Positions 41,040-55,517 are shown, counted from the first letter of the stretch. The stretch is 64,000 bases of DNA from Narcine bancroftii (GCF_036971445.1 NC_091476.1:24738001-24802000), one strand, 5' to 3'. Translations and numbers: made by a program. Notes: generated by a model from the sequence alone, not told the origin.

Positions 41040-41312
41040 AGGAAGAAACAGCACCTGGTATGTCTATAATCACAGAAGAACAAAATGCAGTCAACGATTC
41101 TAATCAGGATGCAGAGGACACAACAAGCTGCAATGATGTCTCTGTGTCCAGCCAGGACAGCTGTTCGGAGGCTAATTCTAGATCGAAAGCAATGAATGAA
41201 AGTTCCCATGAGCCATCACACAAATCACCCATGCCAGAGCAGAACAATGTGCAAGAAATACAAAGGGCTGAGGACAAAGATATCATGAAAAATTCTCAAC
41301 ACTCAAAAGGAG
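41040..41312 (+). CDS. kctd12b: Predicted KCTD12b exon 2 (acidic Ser/Asn-rich linker), symmetric phase-1 cassette of 273 nt
   Basis: Acceptor tttgtattttatcacAG and donor GAG|GTGAGA. Open frame continues exon 1 (C+AG=Gln) and joins exon 3 (G+TT=Val). Similar to the 5' part of exon 3. Confidence 0.7.
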
Positions 41313-42855
41313 GTGAGAGATTGAAGTAAAGTCAAACCAATGATATTCTGATACAAAATGAAGAAGTTTGAGCTAGTCTATTGTGCCTTGTTACTTTTGA
41401 ACACATTGCATATTAATATGAGTGGGTGGTGAATGGTTGATGAAGACTTATGGGCCAATGGGCCTATTCATGTGTTGGATCTTCCCTGTAATTCCTCACT
41501 TTGTTCCATAATTCCAATGACAGGTGTAGTATATTTTTGAGATACTGGAATAAATGGCCTAGAGTTCAAAGCTCAGCACAGGAGCTAAAAACTTAAATCT
41601 GGAATTTAAAAAAATGATAACCGTGACCATGAAATAAATAGATTGCTATGAAAATCCATCTGGTTCACTGATGTTCTTGATCTGACCTGAATGTGACTTC
41701 AAAGTTTCTGCCACAGGATTATTAACTCTTACTCATGAACTGATCTGCTAATTTAGTTGTTTCAAAGCTCATTGATTAAAAATAATGAAACTATACAGAC
41801 CTGCTGAAATTTGGAACCATTCGTGATGAAAATACATCAAGCACAATCAGTCCCACAAAGTCCATCTCACTAACATCTGAGAACTTGGCTAGAACTAAGG
41901 AAGGAGCATGGACTTGAGGAGGGAATTTTTTAGCGAATGCTTGAGAGCTTAGGAAGACTTATGGCATCAAGTCAAACAAGGGTACGGAAATCTATTGACT
42001 AGAATCATGGAGCCATACAGCATGGAACAAGCCCTTTGGCCCAACTTGTCTGATGACATACCTTCAATAGGATCCATATGAATCAATACTATTCCATGTC
42101 GGATTCCATTTGGAAGGTACAGCAAAGGTAGCAAGAGAACATAACACTTTTTCAGAAGATAACTTTAATATTTGTTACTAAGTCTGCTTTGAGGTCAAGA
42201 TTTTCTTGAGGTCACTAACCATTCTGCTATAGAAATATAACAATATTCTTTTATCATAATTGAGTCAAATTTCTGTAAGCCTTCACCTAATCACACTATG
42301 GAAGTACCTTCTATTTTCCATCCCTTTTGGCCCCTGAACTAACAGATAAGAATTAATTATACTCCTGTGTCTAGAGCCGTGTTTAGGCCAGACCTGGTAA
42401 GAATGCCAGATTTCCTTCCCAGAAGGATATTAGTGAACCAAATGTGTTTCCCCAACAGCTTGGTAGTTCTCTGGTTATTCCTACTTGTATTTTTAATTTT
42501 TTGAAGAAATAGATTTGCTGCAGTCTGTATGATGAATAAATGCTTGTATTCCTAGCAACATCCAAGCTCTCATGAATGAATAATCTTCTCAAGAGTTTTA
42601 ACAGATATGAAAGAACCTATGCCCCATGAGTCAATAGCAGAGATGAACAGTATGTTTCACTAAATTATTACTAAATAATGTCGGAAAATGAATGCATTTT
42701 AAAAGAATAATTTAAAATAAATATTCTCAAGATTAATTAAAATTTAAAATTAAAAGATAGTCATTTCTACTGAATTTTCTTTGAATTGTTTACCCATTAG
42801 TAATTGACAACTTAGTTGTTACATTTGTTGTATTTGTTTTTGAATTTCACTACAG

Positions 42856-43316
42856 TTGAAGATACCTCACAGTATTTAGACGATGTTGCAGAAGAACAGA
42901 ACGACAAAATCGTTGAAAGCAGTAAGAATACAGAGGATTCAACCAATTGCCCTGATAACGCCACTTTCAGCACAGAGAGCAATTCTAATGTAAACACTGG
43001 GTCGGAAGTCATGAACAAAAGTCTCCAGGAGCACCCACAGCGAGCAACAACTCTGGAACTCAATGATGTGCAAAGGATGTTACATGAAGACAAAATCTTA
43101 CATCACCAGAAAGTGAGCAAACGAACAAACACAAATCAAAGTAGTTTTGACAAAACCACTGATTTGGAGCAAAATAAAAATAATGATGAAAAACAGACAT
43201 TGGAAGCAGAGCTGCAGAAATGCATAGAGGATTTGAAAAAACTGAAAATACCATCCTCATTTTTGAAGAAGCAGAGGCAATGGCAAAATGAATTATTAAA
43301 AAAGTATGATATGTAA
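42856..43316 (+). CDS. kctd12b: Predicted KCTD12b terminal exon encoding linker plus H2-domain core
   Basis: Acceptor tttgtttttgaatttcactacAG, phase 1. Ends LEAELQKCIEDLKKLKIPSSFLKKQRQWQNELLKKYDM*, matching the recalled KCTD16/8 C-terminus ELEKCIQDFxKIxIPDxFPERKxxWQSELLxKYxL*. Confidence 0.88.
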
Positions 43317-43949
43317 TTATAAAAGTATTAAAGATTTTTAAAAAGAATAATTCCAACATTTCATCTAATTATGTGTCAACTTTTTCCTGGTAGAGTTGTG
43401 AAGCAAAATGTGAACCACACTTCAATAATAATATCTAGCTGCACAATACCTACATAAAATTAAGTAGTTATTGCATTATTTTCTATTACATTTTTCTCAC
43501 TTTCTCTCTAACCTAGACTATATTTCCCATGAAATTAGATTTCTTTGTTGTTAGCCATGAAAACCTTTGTTTCTTAAAGGCAATCATCATTAAAGCAAAA
43601 TATTAGGTTGGTTGCATCATGGAATCAACTCCTTTGTCCAGTTTATTTGGCAATCATCAACATGTTTAAATTTATGATCTTAATACTGCATTCATGTTTT
43701 TAAAGAGATAAACTGTTGATAACAAAATATAACTAAATAGAATCATTTAGCAAATTAAAACTATTCTATGAATTTAGTTTATGAAAAATACTGTGTTTTT
43801 ATTGTCTCCATGGTTGAAGAATTGTGCTTGATCAAACCTTTGTTACAGATCCAAAGGAAACTTATTAATTCATAATGGCATTGATACAACTGTGATTAAA
43901 TGTGGAGAATCCATTGATGATATTTTATACTTTGAATTAATAATTAAGA

Positions 43950-43955
43950 AATAAA
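43950..43955 (+). terminator. Candidate poly(A) signal of the long KCTD isoform
   Basis: AATAAA ending about 630 nt of AT-rich, repeat-free sequence after the stop codon. Confidence 0.5.
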
Positions 43956-43986
43956 GTGACACTTGGAAAATACAAGTTTAATTTCT

Positions 43987-46900
43987 CTTTTTTATATTTT
44001 ATTTAGAATCAACACATAATCATATACCAGATTATTATAAAACTTGATTTATAATAAAGAACTCCATCAAACTCTTAACTAAACCCTCCCACTTAACCAC
44101 CAACCCCTACTACCCTCATTCAAAAAAAAAATACTAAAATACATAATAAGTATAATTGTATAACAAGTTGATTGCTTCAGAAAAAGATCCCAAAACTATT
44201 TCACAGAAAAAAAAATATTTATTTCTAAGGGAAGACTTCTCCGATCCGGAGAATTCAAAGGAACTATTGATAATTTCAAACCCAATGTTCGAGCATACAG
44301 GCTCCAAATCTGTAAAAATACAGAATATTTACCTCTCAAATTGTATGTTTTTTTTTCTAATGGGATACAACTTTGAATCGCTCTTTGCCATCTTCCTGTT
44401 AATGAAAAATCTGATTTCCAAGTATCAGCAATACATTTTCTTGCTATCACCAATGCAAATTTTACAAATTTCAATTGAAAATCTGATCAATGTATTTTAG
44501 GGGTTATACTTTCAAAATTTCCCATCAAAAATCACTTGGGGTTCAATGGAAAAAACAACACCCATAACCTGTTGTAAAAACTTACTAATAGAAATCCAAA
44601 AAGGATTAACTTTTGAACAAGACCATGTAGAATGAATAAAAGTTCCAATATCTTCACTGCATCTAAAACATTGATCTGATATTCAATTTGAGGTGTAATA
44701 TATAATTGTTGTAAAAAAAATTAAAATGAAGTAATCTATATCTTACATTAATTGTATTAGACATAATCTCTCAACATAAATTTTGCCAAATTTGTTGATC
44801 TATTGATGTATTTAAATCTTGTTCCCATTTTTCTCTTGACTTAAATAAACCTAATTTATGCCCTTTTTCTTATAGCATCGTATATGCTATTGAAATAAAC
44901 TTTTTAACTATTCCATCAACAATCAACTGTTCTAAATCTGTAGGATCTTTTAATATCATATCTGGTCTTAATTTCTCTCTTAAATAAGCTCTTAATTAAA
45001 AATAACAAAAAGCTATTATGTGGAATATCATACTTAATTTTTAACTGATCAGATGACATCAATCTACCATTTTCATAACAATCCCCATTTTTAGCAATTA
45101 TAACCATATGACCAAATAACCATTTACGGAGTGGAAACAAGCCATGTTGGCCTTTCGAGTCCGCACCGGTTCACTGATTCTTTTAGTATACCAAATATTT
45201 TAAAAAAGATGATCTTTTTGAAAAAATTATGGGGATTAATTAATGACATTTTAAATGATAAAAGACTTCCATCATTTTCTAACTTAACCTTATTCCAAAT
45301 ATTAATAAAATGTTTCAATAATGGAGCATCTCATCTCTATCAATAACCCTTAGCTTTGATTCCCTTTATAAATTAATTCCTCAGGTTTACTTTCTCCAAT
45401 CTTATTTAATCCAATCTCCACCCATGAGAGTTTAATATTCCCAAATAAAGAAATCAAAAACCTTAATTGTGCTGCTCTATAATAATTCTTAAAATTAGGA
45501 AGTTGTAGTCCACCTAATTTATATTTCCATGTTAATTTTTCTAATTACATTCTTGACATCTTACCTTTCCAAAGAAATTCCTAACTTGTTTATTTAAATC
45601 CTGAAAATCTTTTTGAGGTATGACAATTGGTAAATTTTGAAACAAATATTGAATTCTCAGAAAAATATTCATTTAATACAATTAACCCTTTCAATTAAAG
45701 TTATAGGTAAATTTGTCCATTTTTTTTCAAATCTTCATTTATTTTCTTAAATAATAGAATATAATTTAATTTATATCATTTTTTCAAATGATTATCTATA
45801 TGTATTCCTAAATATTTAATTCTAGTATCAGTCCACTTAAATTGAATGTCTTTTTGACATTATGAATAATCACACTGTACTAATTCCATTACCTCACTTG
45901 TATCCCAGTTTATTTTATAACCTGAAACTCTTGCATAAACTATCAATTGTTTATAGAGTCTAGGTAATGATAATTGTGGTTGAGTTAAATATATCAACAT
46001 ATCGTCTGTAAATAAACTAATCTTATGTTCGGTTTGATTTACCGTAAAACCTTTCAACTGTTGGTCCACATGAATAATTTGTGCAAGAGGTTCTATAGCC
46101 AAAGCAAACAAAGATGGAGATAAAGGACACAATTGGCAACTTGATCTAGTCAAATTTAATGATTGTGATATCTGTCCATTAGTTATTACTTTAGCTTTAG
46201 GATTTTATAAAGAGCTCTAATCCAATTTACAAAATTAAATCCAAAACCAAGTTTACCTAAAACCTTAAAAAGAAAATCCTATTCTAGTCTATCAAAAGCA
46301 TACTTAAATCCTTCTTCCTTTGTGCTAAATGAATTATACTTAATAATGTTACTATATTTTCAGAAGTTTTTCTATTTTTAACAAAACCTGTTTGATCTAT
46401 ATTTATTAATTCAAGAAGAAAAGCATGTATTTTATTTGATATTACCTTTGCCACAATTTTATGAAATAGATCTACGGCTCCTAGAACGCTTCCACCAGCG
46501 TTGTCTCTGCTACATCCTCAACATTCATTGGAGCGACCATCACCAACATTGAAGTACTCGAGATGGCAGAGGCCGACAGCATCGAATCCACGCTGCAGAA
46601 GATCCAACTGCGCTGGGTAGGTCACGTCTCCAGAATGGAGGACCATCTCCTTCCCAAGATCGTGTTATATGGTGAGCTCTCCACTGGCCACCGAGACAGC
46701 GGTGCACAAAAGAAGAGGTACAAGGACTGCCTAAAGAAATCTCTTGGTGCCTGCCACATTGGCCACCGCCAGTGGGCTGATATCGCCTCAAACCGTGCAT
46801 CTTGGCACCTCACAGTTCGGCGGGCAGCAACCTCCTTTGAAGAAGTCCGCAGAGCCCACCTCACTGACAAAAGACAAAGGAGGAAAAACCCAACACCCAA

Positions 46901-49900
46901 CCCCAACCAACCAATTTTCCCTTGCAACCGCTGCCACCGTGTCTGCCTGTCCCGCATCGGTCTTGTCAGCCACAAACGAGCCTGCAGCTGACATGGACAT
47001 TACCCCTCCATAAATCTTCGTCCTTGAAGCCAAACCAAAGAGAAAAGGTCTATGTGAAGCTGGTTTCAATGGATCTCTATCTTTTTTTAGGAATAACTGT
47101 AATTATCACTGTGGAAACCATATTTATCACTGTGGAATAAGTTTCTGGAAGAATATGTAACCTAAAAGCTTGTTCTATTACTTACATAAATAAAGGAATT
47201 CTTAAGTGTTTAAAGTCTTTATAAAATTCCACTGGGAATCCACCCTCTCCAGGAGACTTATTATTTTCTAAACAGTTAAGTGCTTCATTAATTTCTTGCT
47301 CAGTAAACGGCCTGCCCAAATCATCTTTATCTATCTCAGTTAATCTAGGTAATATTATTTGTGACAAATAATTATCTATAATAGTTTCATCCTGCAATGA
47401 TTCTGAAGTTTATAGTTTTTCATAAAATTCTCTAAAAATTTAATTTAGTTCTTGTGGTTTAAATCTCACTTTGTTATCATCTCGTTGTATTGCATTAATT
47501 GTTCTCAAAGTTTGTTCTTCCTTTAATTGCCAAGCTAAACCTTTATGAGATATTTCCCCTAATTCATAATATTTATGTTTAGGTTTAAGAATAATTTTTT
47601 CTCTTCTATAAATCAATGTTGTATTATATTGTAACTTCTTATTAATTAAACACCTATACTTATCCTCTGACAGTAATTTTTGAATATCTTTTACCAAACT
47701 CTAATTTCTTTTTCCAATTTATCTATCTCTCATATAACCCTTTTTCATATTTGAAGTAAAACATATGTCCTCACAAATAAGCTTTTTAATGCATCCCAAA
47801 TGCTGAACTTATCCTTTATTAAATGTAAATTAGTATCACAAAATAATTCAATATGTTGTCTTATAAAAGCACAAAAATCTTATCTTTTTAATAGCAAAGA
47901 ATTTAATCTGCATCTATATACTGAATGTTGTTTTTCAGTAAATTCCAATTCCTTCAATAATGGAGAATGATCAGATATTATTCTTGCTTTATAATCAATA
48001 CTCAAAACTCTTGATTGATTTTGAGATGAAAGTAAAAAGAAATTGATTCTAGAATATGTATCAAATCTATTAGAATAAAAAAATCTCTATCTCTAGGATG
48101 TGACCTTTTCCATATATTAAATTTAAATCCTCCATTAAATATAACATAGCTTTAGCTGTCTTAGATTTAACTATTGTTCTTGATGATCTATCTAATAAAG
48201 GATCTAAACAAAATTAAAATCACCTTCTACTAAAATATTTTCCTAAACCCACCAGATTTAAAAATGATCTTGTATAAATTTTTCATCATCTAAATTTGGT
48301 GCATATATATTTATTAAAGTCCATTCCTCAGAAGATATTTGACAATTTACCATATATATCTACCTGTAGAATCTGTAGTTACACTCTGAACTCAAATTGG
48401 TAATTTTTTCTTAAATGAAATTGCCACTCCCCTAACTTTAGAATTAAATGAAGAAAAAAAATGACTTGATCTACCGAATCTTTTTCAGTTTTAGGTGTTC
48501 TTTTTTGGTTAAATGAGTCTTGTAAAAAAAGCAATATCTTCTCCCAGTTTCTTAATATAAGACAGAATTTTATTTCTTTTTATTGTTTTGTTAATCCTAT
48601 TAATATTAAAACTCATAATCTAATTGCTTTATTCATTTTCCTATTTTTAAAATCTCTTTTCATCACTCCCATCCAGGAAGAATTCCCACAAAACAATTTG
48701 ATCCTGAGCATCATCATCTGCAATCCAAAAGTAGTAAAATAGTTCAGATTAAATACAACATGTTTGATGATTGAACAAAAAAGAGAAAAAGTAAAAAAAA
48801 GAAAAAATCTCTCCCCAACAAGTACTGTAAGAGCCTGCACTATCTCCCTCCATTTTACGGGTCATGGCTAAGCCACAAAAACACATGCAAGTGCCAGAAA
48901 TAAACTTAATACGTTCCCTGACCCCTGGGGGCTCTATCGATTAAAATTTTGTCTTCAAAATGTACCTCTCCAAATATCTTCACTATCCATTCTTGAAAAA
49001 AACAAATGGCATCTTCCTCTTTACCCTCAGACAATCCCACTATCTTAACATTATTTCTTCTATCATTTTCCAGAATATCAACTTTCTCCAACAGTTTTTC
49101 AATCATCGAAATCAAACTATTCATTGTATCTTCAGACATATTAGATCTCTCTTCAATACGCTGAACTTCCTCTCGAACATCTTGAACCTTACTTTCCAGT
49201 TTATCCATTATTTGTGAAATGTTATTCATCACTTTTAATGCATCATCCACTTTAATTGTCAAATCTGTTAACTTGTTTCAATTCTTCAGACAACAATTTA
49301 AAATTATTTTCCAAACACAAATCAATTTTTATTTGAAGATCATTTATTTTTGATTCAATCATATTTATTTCCTTTTTTAAAGTCTTTTTCGTGCCTCTGG
49401 TCTGCTCCCCTTCTGAACTTGATGTTTCTTCCTCACTTTAATATTCTTTTGAAGCCTCCTCCACTGGGCTTGCATCCCCTTCATGTTCTGACATTGAAAT
49501 ACTAGACTGCCCCTTTAAGTGAACTTGAGTTTTTTTTTCCAATCTTCTTTTCTGTTGCACTGTGCATGCCCAACGTCTCACGCATGTGTGATACAGTTTT
49601 AGTTTTTCTTCCGGCGCCATCTTTACGAGTTGACGCGAAGAAGGCTCTGGAGGAAGGTCCCTCTCCCAGGTCCTAGCCAGCGGATCCAGAATGTACCTCA
49701 GTGGCCTGCTTCATCGCCAAGGTAGGCCCAGTTTCTTTTTTCTTCTTCTCTTCAGACTTTTTAGTAGAAGTTAATTTAGGCATTTTTTTCCTGTAGGTGA
49801 CATCCTCAATATTTAGTTAGATGTTTTATATTAACCTTAAAGTAATTTAAAAAAAAACTTATCTTTATAGGTATTTCTTTAACTAATCCCATTGGAATCG

Positions 49901-49930
49901 TAAGGTTGCATGACATTTCCCCCCACCCCC
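43987..49930 (-). mobile_element. Full-length but decayed L1-clade LINE (5' UTR, ORF1, EN-RT ORF2, 3' tail)
   Basis: 12-bp TSD AGTTTAATTTCT at 43975-43986 and 49931-49942. ORF1 DILENDRRNNVKIVGLSEG; ORF2 KSPGEGGFPVEFYK, CPLSPSLFALAIEPLA, HKISLFTDDML. T-rich tail at the left end. Confidence 0.9.
46472..47045 (+). mobile_element. Young RTE LINE 3' fragment nested in L1 ORF2
   Basis: QLRWVGHVSRMEDHLLPKIVLYGEL...FPCNRCHRVCLSRIGLVSH. GC-rich block within the AT-rich L1; near-identical to 20215-20924. Confidence 0.88.
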
Positions 49931-51399
49931 AGTTTAATTTCTTGTATATGAGCTTATCTAATAGAAAGGTGATTTTGTTCACAATGTGTCAAAGGTAAAT
50001 TTCAAGGAGAAATTAGTCCAATTGGGGTGGGGGAAAATCACTAACTATGAACATTTTAAAAGATGGACATTTCAAACTCCCTGAGCAAATTGATAATTAA
50101 TTGTGTACTGTTTGACATCACAAGCACATGTCCTTCAGCCTCTTTGTATGAGCATGAGACACAGGAAAGAATCTGGAAGTATTTGCCTTGTGCACAAAGT
50201 ACCTGGTCATTTGCAGGCATAAATTTGAAAAGTCCCATTGGAATGTTCAATAAAATGTTATGATACCCAATAAACTATTTAGGGAAAGAGATTTGAGGGC
50301 TCCTATAGACTGAAAGTTTGCATGTTTGACATGCTGACTTCCTCCAGCAATTTTTTTTTGTTTGCTCAAGAATGCAGCATCTCTAGCTTTTGTGTTTCTC
50401 TGTCCCTATTGATTGATCATTGTCTGAAAATTCTTTTGGGAGTACAGGCTATTGTTTGCTTTTCAGCCATTCTGTAAGAATGAATACACCACATCATTTT
50501 AATTAACAGATTTACTTTTACTTGAGCTTGCATATTATGTCAGAAAATTTCACATATTTACATTGCTACCAGTAAGTTGCTTATTATAGTCTGACAAGGT
50601 TCAGAGATAATTTCCATTCTTAAAAAAACATGACAACATGCTAAAGTATTTGAGTTAAAAGTACAGGTCTGTGATCTGTAGTCTGCATCCCAGAGCACTG
50701 TCATTTTAGTGCATTTAACTTCTCAACTATTCCCAACGTCACATGATTCATTCATTCATAAAAGTCCAATGTTTACAGACAATGTTGGAACTTGAAATTA
50801 ATGATCCTTGTCAAATTTTCTATCCATGTACCTGTCTAAGTGCATTTAGAATGTTACAATTATCCCTGCCTCTACCTCTTCCTCTGGTATTTCGTTCCAT
50901 ATACCCATTGTCTGTGTGTAGAAGGTTCCCTTCAGATCCCTTCTAAATCTTTCACTTCTCTCCTTAAATGTATGCCCTCTAGTTTTAGATTCCTCTATCC
51001 TGGGACAAAGACAATGCCTACTTTTAGAGATACTGCACGGTTACCAGCCTTACAGGGCCCGCACTGCTCAAATAGATCCATGTGACCAATTAATCTACTA
51101 ACCATGTACAAATTTAGAATGAGGGAGACAACCCACACAGACACGATGAGAATGTACAAACTGGAATGTAGGAGGAAACTGAAGCACTCAGATGAAAACC
51201 ACGCAAACTCCTACAGATGACGCTGGATTTGAACCTGTGTTGCTAGCGCTGTAATAACAGTGTGCTAATCACTACTTTGTACATTTATCCTCAGGATTTA
51301 TAACATTCCCCCCCTCCCCCACCCAATAAGGTCTCCTTTAGCCCTATACCACCAAGAAGAAAACCCAGCCAATCAGCTTTTCCTTATAATTCAAGGTAT

Positions 51400-52310
51400 G
51401 CTATCGATATCTTTACATACAATAGTGTGAGTGTGTGGATATGTGTAAAGATATGCATATATCTATAATTATATATTCAAGTTTATAATCCAGTTACATT
51501 TTCATGAACTACAATCCGATACCATTATTTCTGTTTTCTATCATGTATTATGTAGTTGGTAGTCGGACTTACACGTGACTGCTATACATTTCCTGGCTAC
51601 TGCCAAGGCAATCTTCACAAACTGAATTTGGAACTTGGACTGTTTAAAACTCATGTCCATAATTTTTCCAGAAGGTACAATTCTGTATCCTGTGGAAAAT
51701 CCACCTTTGTAATTTTTTCAGAATGTCCACCAGGTCCTCCCAGAAGGATCTCACCCTTGTATACAGCCAGGTTAAATAGATAAAGGTTCCAATCTCCACA
51801 CCACACCTAAAGCACATTTCTGAGATTTTTGATTGTTCACTCTTCACACCACCGTCTTGTGGTATAGCTTCAACCACTCGTGAGAGGTTGGTCTGAAATT
51901 AATAAATGGTTTTTGCAGTAATTCTGTGGGATGTGTATCCCTAACAACTATATTCTTTTTCTTATCTACGTCCTCCCTCAGTCTTGTTTGAAGAGTGAAA
52001 TAATTGGTCATTATTTTATCAGATCTAAATTACGTAGAATTGTGTGCAAGAGTAGTTTATTTTCCTTTACCTGCAGAAAAAATAGATATGTCTGTCTTGG
52101 AATGTTAACATAATTGCTGTTGTAAATCCAGATATTTATAATTCCTGTTTCATATTGAGTCAGAGGGAAATGGTGACATCTGATTGTCTCTGTAGACAAG
52201 TTATCATTTCAGGTGGAGTGAAAGTAAGATGAAATAATTAAAGGCATATGGACCTGGGAAATCCTATGGCTGATGTATTAAAGATACCATTCACCCATGA
52301 AGATCCTGAA
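51400..52310 (-). mobile_element. L1-clade 3' fragment
   Basis: SEMCFRCGVEIGTFIYLTWLYTRVRSFWE is a degenerate ORF2 C-terminal CCHC region. Confidence 0.65.
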
Positions 52311-52707
52311 TGACAGAAGGCAAAGATAATTGGAGTGTCCAGTGTATGCTTCTATATCAACATCCAAGAAAACATTCAATGACTTGGGTTCTACAGCTTT
52401 CTGAGGTACTGAATTTCACACTTTACTGAGTGACAAAATGTCTTCTCATCTCTGTCCTAAATTTCTTGTCCTAAATGAGACTTTGGCTCCTTGTTCAAGG
52501 CACTCTAACATAACCTTCCACTACACAATCTATGTGATCCAGTCAGAACTTTGTAAGATTCCATTAGATTCCATCATATATTTGTAACTAGTAGAAACTC
52601 ATAGGTAATCTATGTTCTCCTCGTATTATTGTCTGGCCATCCTTGGAGTCCATTTTTGGACTTCCTCTTTGGCAAGTGTATCATTTTTTGAATAAAATGA
52701 CCAAAAC

Positions 52708-55066
52708 TCGACTTCCTACTGGTTGTTGGTGGTGTAGCAACCTTTAGAAGTTGCTTCAACTCACCTCATTGTTTCCAACATTTTTAAGTTCTTATTCTTA
52801 AACTTGATATTGCTGATTGAATTTATTTGGATTAATGACTGTAATGGTCTTTAATATGACTACTACAAGGAGTGCTAAAAGTACTAGAAAAGAAGAGGAC
52901 CTTCCTGTAGCTTTGGAATCTATTGTGAATTCCTTCGAAAACAGAAAAGGATTCTCTGATGAATTACACCAATTTGCAACTAGTTTAAGCAGATGGGTGC
53001 AAAATTGGATTCTTTTCAAAAAACCTTAGAAGAACATGATAAACATATTCAAGATAATGAAGCAATCGCGACTGTTTTGGATGGAAGGGTGGATGATATG
53101 AAAAAGCTCAGTAAAAAGACTATTGAAAAAATAATGCAGAAGATTATTAATCTAGAAAACAGAAGAAGAAATAACATGATTTGTGGGCTTGGAAGAGTCA
53201 ACTGAGGGTGGACAACCCATTTTAAAATTGTAAGAAATCAATTTACTTATTGGGGTGTAACAATTATTAAGAATTATAAACACCTATTTAAAGATTATTT
53301 TCTCAATTTAATAAAATATGTGAGAGGGGTATTATCAAACTGGTTGCCACTTTTTTTATCATTGGTTGGCCGAATTAACTCTATTCAATTTATATACCTT
53401 TTCAGGCTTTACCTGTTTTTATTCCTAAATCTTTTTTTTTATTCGATTGACTCAATCATATCTTCTTATATATGGAAGAACAAACACCCATGCCTAAATA
53501 CAGTCCTACCGAACTCAGCAGTCAACATACGAAAAATTAAATTTTGGTCATGTTATATTAACCATGAAGACTGTCCAATATGGATCTTGTTGGAATCTAA
53601 TTCTGTTACAATATTTTATATTATTTCTCTTCTCAGATCCTCACTTCCTTTATCTTTAAATAAATTAACTGCAAACTACTAGTTAAACATACTTCAAAGA
53701 TCTGGATACAGCTTATTTGGTTTTGGTTTACTGAGATTTGATCTTATTTAGTCCTTTTTTTCTAATTATTTCTTTAAACCTTCCATGATTGACAAAGCTT
53801 TTTAAGAATTGTATAGATTAGGTATTAAATTCTTTAAAGGTTTATTTATTGAAGAGAGTCTCGCTTCTTTTGAACAACTGACAGTTAAATATATCACATT
53901 TTTTTCATTATTTACAGGTTAGAGATATTTTGCAATCTCAATTATATAACATTTCTCAAGAGTTTTGATAAGAGTTTAATAATGTAAATTTTAATTTTCA
54001 ACCTTTTTATGATGGTTTAATATCTAACATTTATGACATGTTGTTGGGAATAAGAGGAGCTCCTTTAGATAAAATTTTAAAAACTTGGGAAGAAGACCTA
54101 CAGTTTTTAATTTCTAAAGAATATAATTTCTTTAATTGGTTAATGCCTCTTCTTTATGAGCTCACCAATCCCTCCTATAATTTAAAGTAGTCCACATGTC
54201 CAAAGTCAAATGATCTTGCTTTTATGCTGATTCATCTCCTCATTGAGATAGTTTCAATGATGGAGATGCTTCAGTAATTCATATGTTTTGGACATGTCTG
54301 AGTCTTGGGAAATATTGGAAGGAAGCATTTCAAATTTTTTCTGTACTTTTTAAAGTCTAATTTTAACATTACATATGTTGAAAGAAGAGAAAACATGCAG
54401 ATGTTGTTGAAAATTTTCAATAAATATTTGGTTCGGCCCTCGACTTAGTCCAAGTTTTTAATTTTGGCCCTCCGTGAATTTGAGTTTGACACCCCTGGTC
54501 TAATCCTTTAACTTCCTTGTTTGGTATTGTTAGAGAGAGAGGGATAACTTTAACGGAATCAGATTTGCATGCATTACCTTTTATTTCTCTTATAGCTAGT
54601 GTTGCTTAGATGGAAGGACATTGCTCCGCCTACTCCCACTCAATGGTTACATGACATGATGTCATGTTTAAATTTCAAGAAGTTTTGATGCTCAATATTT
54701 GATTTGAATTTAGATTTTCAAACACCATGGGGACCCTTTTTGAATTACTTTCAAAATCTTTGATTTGGTATTAATGCAGAGGTGTTGACTAATAAGGTAA
54801 TTTATTTCAGCGACAGGGTATTTTTTTTCTTTTTCTTTGCCAAACAGCTTCGGTTTTGGTAGTGGGATTAGATTTTCATTTTATAATAAAATATTACTTA
54901 ATATAATTTGTTTGATTAAGAATCCAGGGTACTGTGGATGAAATAGTATGATCTGAGTGTAGGGAATTCTATATTTGTTTATTTGTTGACTTTTAATATG
55001 TATTCTTATGTACACTGTACTATTTTTTTTGATGTGGAATTTCAACAAAAATATTGAAAAAGAAAA
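52708..55066 (+). mobile_element. Internally deleted L1-clade element inserted in a CR1 fragment
   Basis: ORF1 piece INLENRRRNNM is joined at about 53215 to the ORF2 3' part (W.PL.LSLVGRINSI) and an A-rich tail. GACCAAAA occurs on both flanks. Confidence 0.7.
54358..54497. mobile_element. hAT MITE end fragment nested in L1
   Basis: Ends GGCCCTC...TGAGTTTGACACCCCTG, a Charlie-like TIR; the other TIR is absent. Confidence 0.5.
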
Positions 55067-55517
55067 GACCAAAATTGCAAGTGATACTTTAAATGTGGAG
55101 TGTCACCAAAGCCTTGTATAATTGTAGAAACACATTTTGACTCCAGTTTTCTTGTTATGAAAATCAAAATACAGGTACCATTTGTCTTGTTAACCGCTTG
55201 ATTGAATTAGCATGATGTTTTTAGCAATCAGTATGCAAGGACATTCAGGTCCATTTATACATGAACAAGAATGAATCTGACACAATCTAAATAATGCATT
55301 TGCACATGTGCTTAATCTGTCTAACTTGTCATGAGCCTTTTGCATCCACCTCATAATGCACAGGCCCAAATTGTTTGGCATCGCAAGCAAAATTTGAAAT
55401 ACTTTATCTGATTTGTTCACTCAAATCATTGAGATATATAATGATTAGTTGTGGCCTAAGTCTCTCCCTTACCTAACTCTGCAATCTTCTCTTGCCCTAC
55501 ACAAATTTTGAGATTAT

